Assembly: GCF_009914755.1 (NCBI RefSeq)
Contig: NC_060927.1
Reading direction: 5' to 3' (one strand)
Origin: the human T2T-CHM13v2.0 reference genome, Homo sapiens
Length of the DNA stretch: 64,000 bases
Shown here in pieces: positions 60,727 through 64,000 of this stretch. The notes under the pieces are model-generated. The model ran no database searches and had not been told where the DNA came from. It saw only the letters and a list, made by a program, of their open reading frames with translations. The number at the start of each line of letters is the position of its first letter. Position 1 is the stretch's first letter. The translations under genes were made by a program, and so were the position numbers.

Positions 60727-61043
60727 GGCCGGGCACGGTGGCTCACACCTGTAATTCCAGCACTTTGGGAGGCCGAGGCTGGTGGATCATAAGGTCAGGA
60801 GTTCAAGACCAGCCTGGCCAAGATGGTAAAACCCCGTCTCTACTAAAAATACAAAAAGTAGCTGGGTATGGTGGCGGGCACCTGTAATCCCAGCTACTTG
60901 GGAGGCTGAGGCAGAGAATTGCTTGAACCAAGGAGGCAGAGGTAGTGAGCCGAGATTGCGCCACTGCACTCCAGCCTGGGCTACAAGAGCGAAAATCCAT
61001 CTCAAAAAAAAAAAAAAACAAAAAAACAAACACACAAAAAAAC
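60727..61043 (+). mobile_element. AluS (Sg-like left arm), sense
   Basis: ggatcataaggtcaggagttcaagaccagcctggccaagatgg; A/AC tail. Confidence 0.92.
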
Positions 61044-61396
<353 letters not shown>

Positions 61397-62089
61397 CTAC
61401 TCTATGGAGTGTACTTTTGCTTCAATAAGTTTGTACTTCTGTTGCTTCGTTCTTTTGTTCCTTTGTGTGTTTTGTTCAATTCTTTGTTCAACACATGAAG
61501 TACATGGACAACTCACAGTCACAACCTTTCATTCGCTAACTTATTTTGCAGCTTTTGCCAAACACTTGTTATATTTCAGTGCTGTGTGCTACATGATTAA
61601 TTTCTGCAGTAATTAGAGTTTTCACTTGGAAGGTTACCAGTATGTTTTGGATATATGTGTAACTCAGTCTTTTTTTTAAAGGCACACTGAAGAGTTTCTG
61701 AATGGATTTTTGAACTTTTTTGAAAGAAAGGATATTTCCCAAATATAAGTTATGTGATTCATGATATTTGGATTGCCTAGGGATAATCAGTAGTGTGATA
61801 TTACAGTGCAGCTGAGTCTTTTGTTTAAGAAAATAATACTTTTTTTATTTAGACCTTTATTAAAGGAGAGAACCAGGGAACAGTCTTTATGGTAGTACTG
61901 AGATTTATTCAGTTGTTCATTCATTTTATTTGTCTTTATAGAGCGCTGTTGGTATAGGACAAAAATCTCTGGCTTCATGAGTCTTAGAAGATAAATGAAT
62001 ATAATGTTAAATAAGTGCTTAAGAGCAACCCCCCCCCCCCACAAAAAAAGGCAAAATTTGAATGATTAGAGAGGGAGATTGAAATTTTT

Positions 62090-64000
62090 ATATAGTAAGA
62101 CTAGGGAGGGCCTCACTGAGAAGGTACTATTTGACAGAAGAGGGACCCATGTTATATCCGAGGAAAGAGCATTCCAGACAAGGGCAGAGGCTGGAAGTGA
62201 GTGTGCCTGGCATGTGTGAGGAACAACGAGGAGGCCAATGTAGTTCAGTCAGGAAAAGATTAATGATAGGAGTGCAGTGAGGTGTGAACTTCATGAGGGA
62301 CCCGGTAGATAATAAAGGACTTAGGCATTTGTTTTGAGAGAGATGTGAAATCATTTGAGGGTTTTGAGAAGAGACACGTGATCTCACTTCTGTTTTAACA
62401 GTGCCACTCTGGCTACTGTGTTGCAAATTGACTGCAGGAAACTAGGGCAGAAATAAGAAAATCAGTTTGGAGGTATTGGCCCAGAGTGTGGGCAATGGTT
62501 TTGGAGTAAGGTGGTTGAATTCTGGATATATTTGTGAGTGGAGTCAACAAGATTCGCTGTCAAACTGCTTGTTGGCACATAAGAAAAATGGAGGAATTAA
62601 GGTTGGCTCCCAAAATTTGGAGCCTCAGCAACTGCACATATGTACTTTTCACTAACAGAGGATAGGAAGGAGCAAGATTGAGACATCTAAGAGGAAATGT
62701 GAAGTAGGGATGGGAATTAGTTTTGCTGATCTGGATTTCAGAAGAAATGTCTGGGCTTGAGATAAAAATGCATTCAAAAAAATGCATGTAAGTAAAATCC
62801 AAAGCCATGTGCCTGGGTATGCTCACCTGAGGCGTAGGGAATTCTGAGACCTCTTATAGAGAAAGGAACTGAGCCCTGGGGTGCTCCAACATCTAGGCAT
62901 CAAGAGGGATCAGGAGAAGTCTGTACAAGAGGAACAGCCAAAAAGGTAGGAGGAAGACCAGTATCGGTGGTAGTGGAAGCCAAGGGAAGATGGTGTTTCA
63001 GGAGGGACTAATCAGCTACGTTAGGGTGCGGCTGAGAGATTAAGTCAGATGAGAAATGACTGTAGGCATTAGCAATGTGGTGGTGGTGGTGGTGGTGCAG
63101 GTCTTTGAAAGTCATGAATCGTGTTTCACTGCAGTTGTGGTAACAGTATGATCATGGGATGGATTCAGAGAGAATGGGAGACAGCAAGTATAGGCTACTT
63201 GCTAAGGAGCTCTGCTCCAAAAATCCTCCCCGTTCCTATATCAAAATTTTTTCCTTGCTGCTGCACTTTACCATCAGTATACAAACATGTTTCCTCTTCC
63301 ATTTAAAAAAAATAAAGAAAAAAAAGGGAAAGGGTGGCAGCTGAAATGGGAAGGGAAGAGAAGTGGTTTTTCTTTCTTTTTTTATATGGAAGGGACAACA
63401 TGTTTTTGTATACTGACGGTAAAGATATAGCAGTGAGGAAAACATTTTGGCACAGGAGGGAGGAGAATTTCTGGAGTAATGGTCTTAATAGGTAAGAAGG
63501 TAGAATCTTTGACCTGCAGTAGATGCATATTGAGTTCATCTGTAGTAAAACCAGAGGTTAGTTCCTGGATACAGATACTGAGTTGGGGGAATTGTGGAAA
63601 TTCTCTTCTGATTCTGATTTCTCCAAAGTAGGAAGCAAGGTGGTCGGCTGAGAAGGAGGCTAGAGAAAGGGGATAGATTGCAGGTACGAGGAGAGAAAAC
63701 TAATATGAACTAATCCTCTAGGAGAATAGGAAAGAGAATGGTGTATTATGTATATTGAAATCACCATAACTTGTAAATATTGTTGGAGAGAGTGACATGG
63801 TAGTGAGGCAGAAGTTAAAATCATTGTGAAATGAGGGGCTGTGAACTCCGGAGCAGTGAATGCTTACAGTTAGTGAGTTACAGTCTCATCTGACATTCAG
63901 AACTGAGGTTTTATGAAGGGAGAATAGCGGATACCGTGTTCCACCTGTAGGCTCCCCCAGTGGTACTATTTGAGGAGGTTATAGGGATGGTAGTGTTTTG
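62090..64000 (-). mobile_element. Long L2 LINE relic
   Basis: Purine-rich: agggagggcctcactgagaaggt, gaaagagcattccagaca, gagggttttga, ctctggctactgtg, tctggatatattt, ttgagacatctaagaggaaatgt, gaactgagccctggggtgctccaacat. Confidence 0.8.

Overview
AT-rich primate (human or near-identical great ape) genomic DNA covering the interior of ATP2C1 (SPCA1, the Golgi secretory-pathway Ca2+/Mn2+ P-type IIA ATPase; Hailey-Hailey disease gene) on the + strand. I traced 18 consecutive coding exons from 2217 to 52464. All have AG/GT boundaries, and together they give 1833 nt = 611 in-frame codons. These match residues ~3-613 of the canonical protein as I recall it, including TGET, PEGL, DKTGT, KGA, DPPR and TGD. 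The start exon and the 3' exons lie outside the window. The introns contain Alu, L1, L2, MIR, MaLR and ERV1 LTR relics plus fossils of four DNA-transposon superfamilies: hAT, Tc1/mariner, piggyBac (MER85 and a Looper-like transposase) and Mutator (Ricksha-like). I see no prokaryotic-type system, CRISPR array or RNA gene, and nothing I can call a new biological system. The best second-look items are small mutational scars and possible regulatory quirks: a 39-bp templated insertion with a snap-back hairpin, a ~20-bp Alu insertion with a TSD, a triplicated target site, a 49-bp duplication inside an Alu, inverted Alu pairs, an AUGA-overlapping uORF and a decoy acceptor. Repeat family names come from recalled consensus sequences, not a database run, and repeat boundaries are approximate unless a TSD or TIR is quoted.
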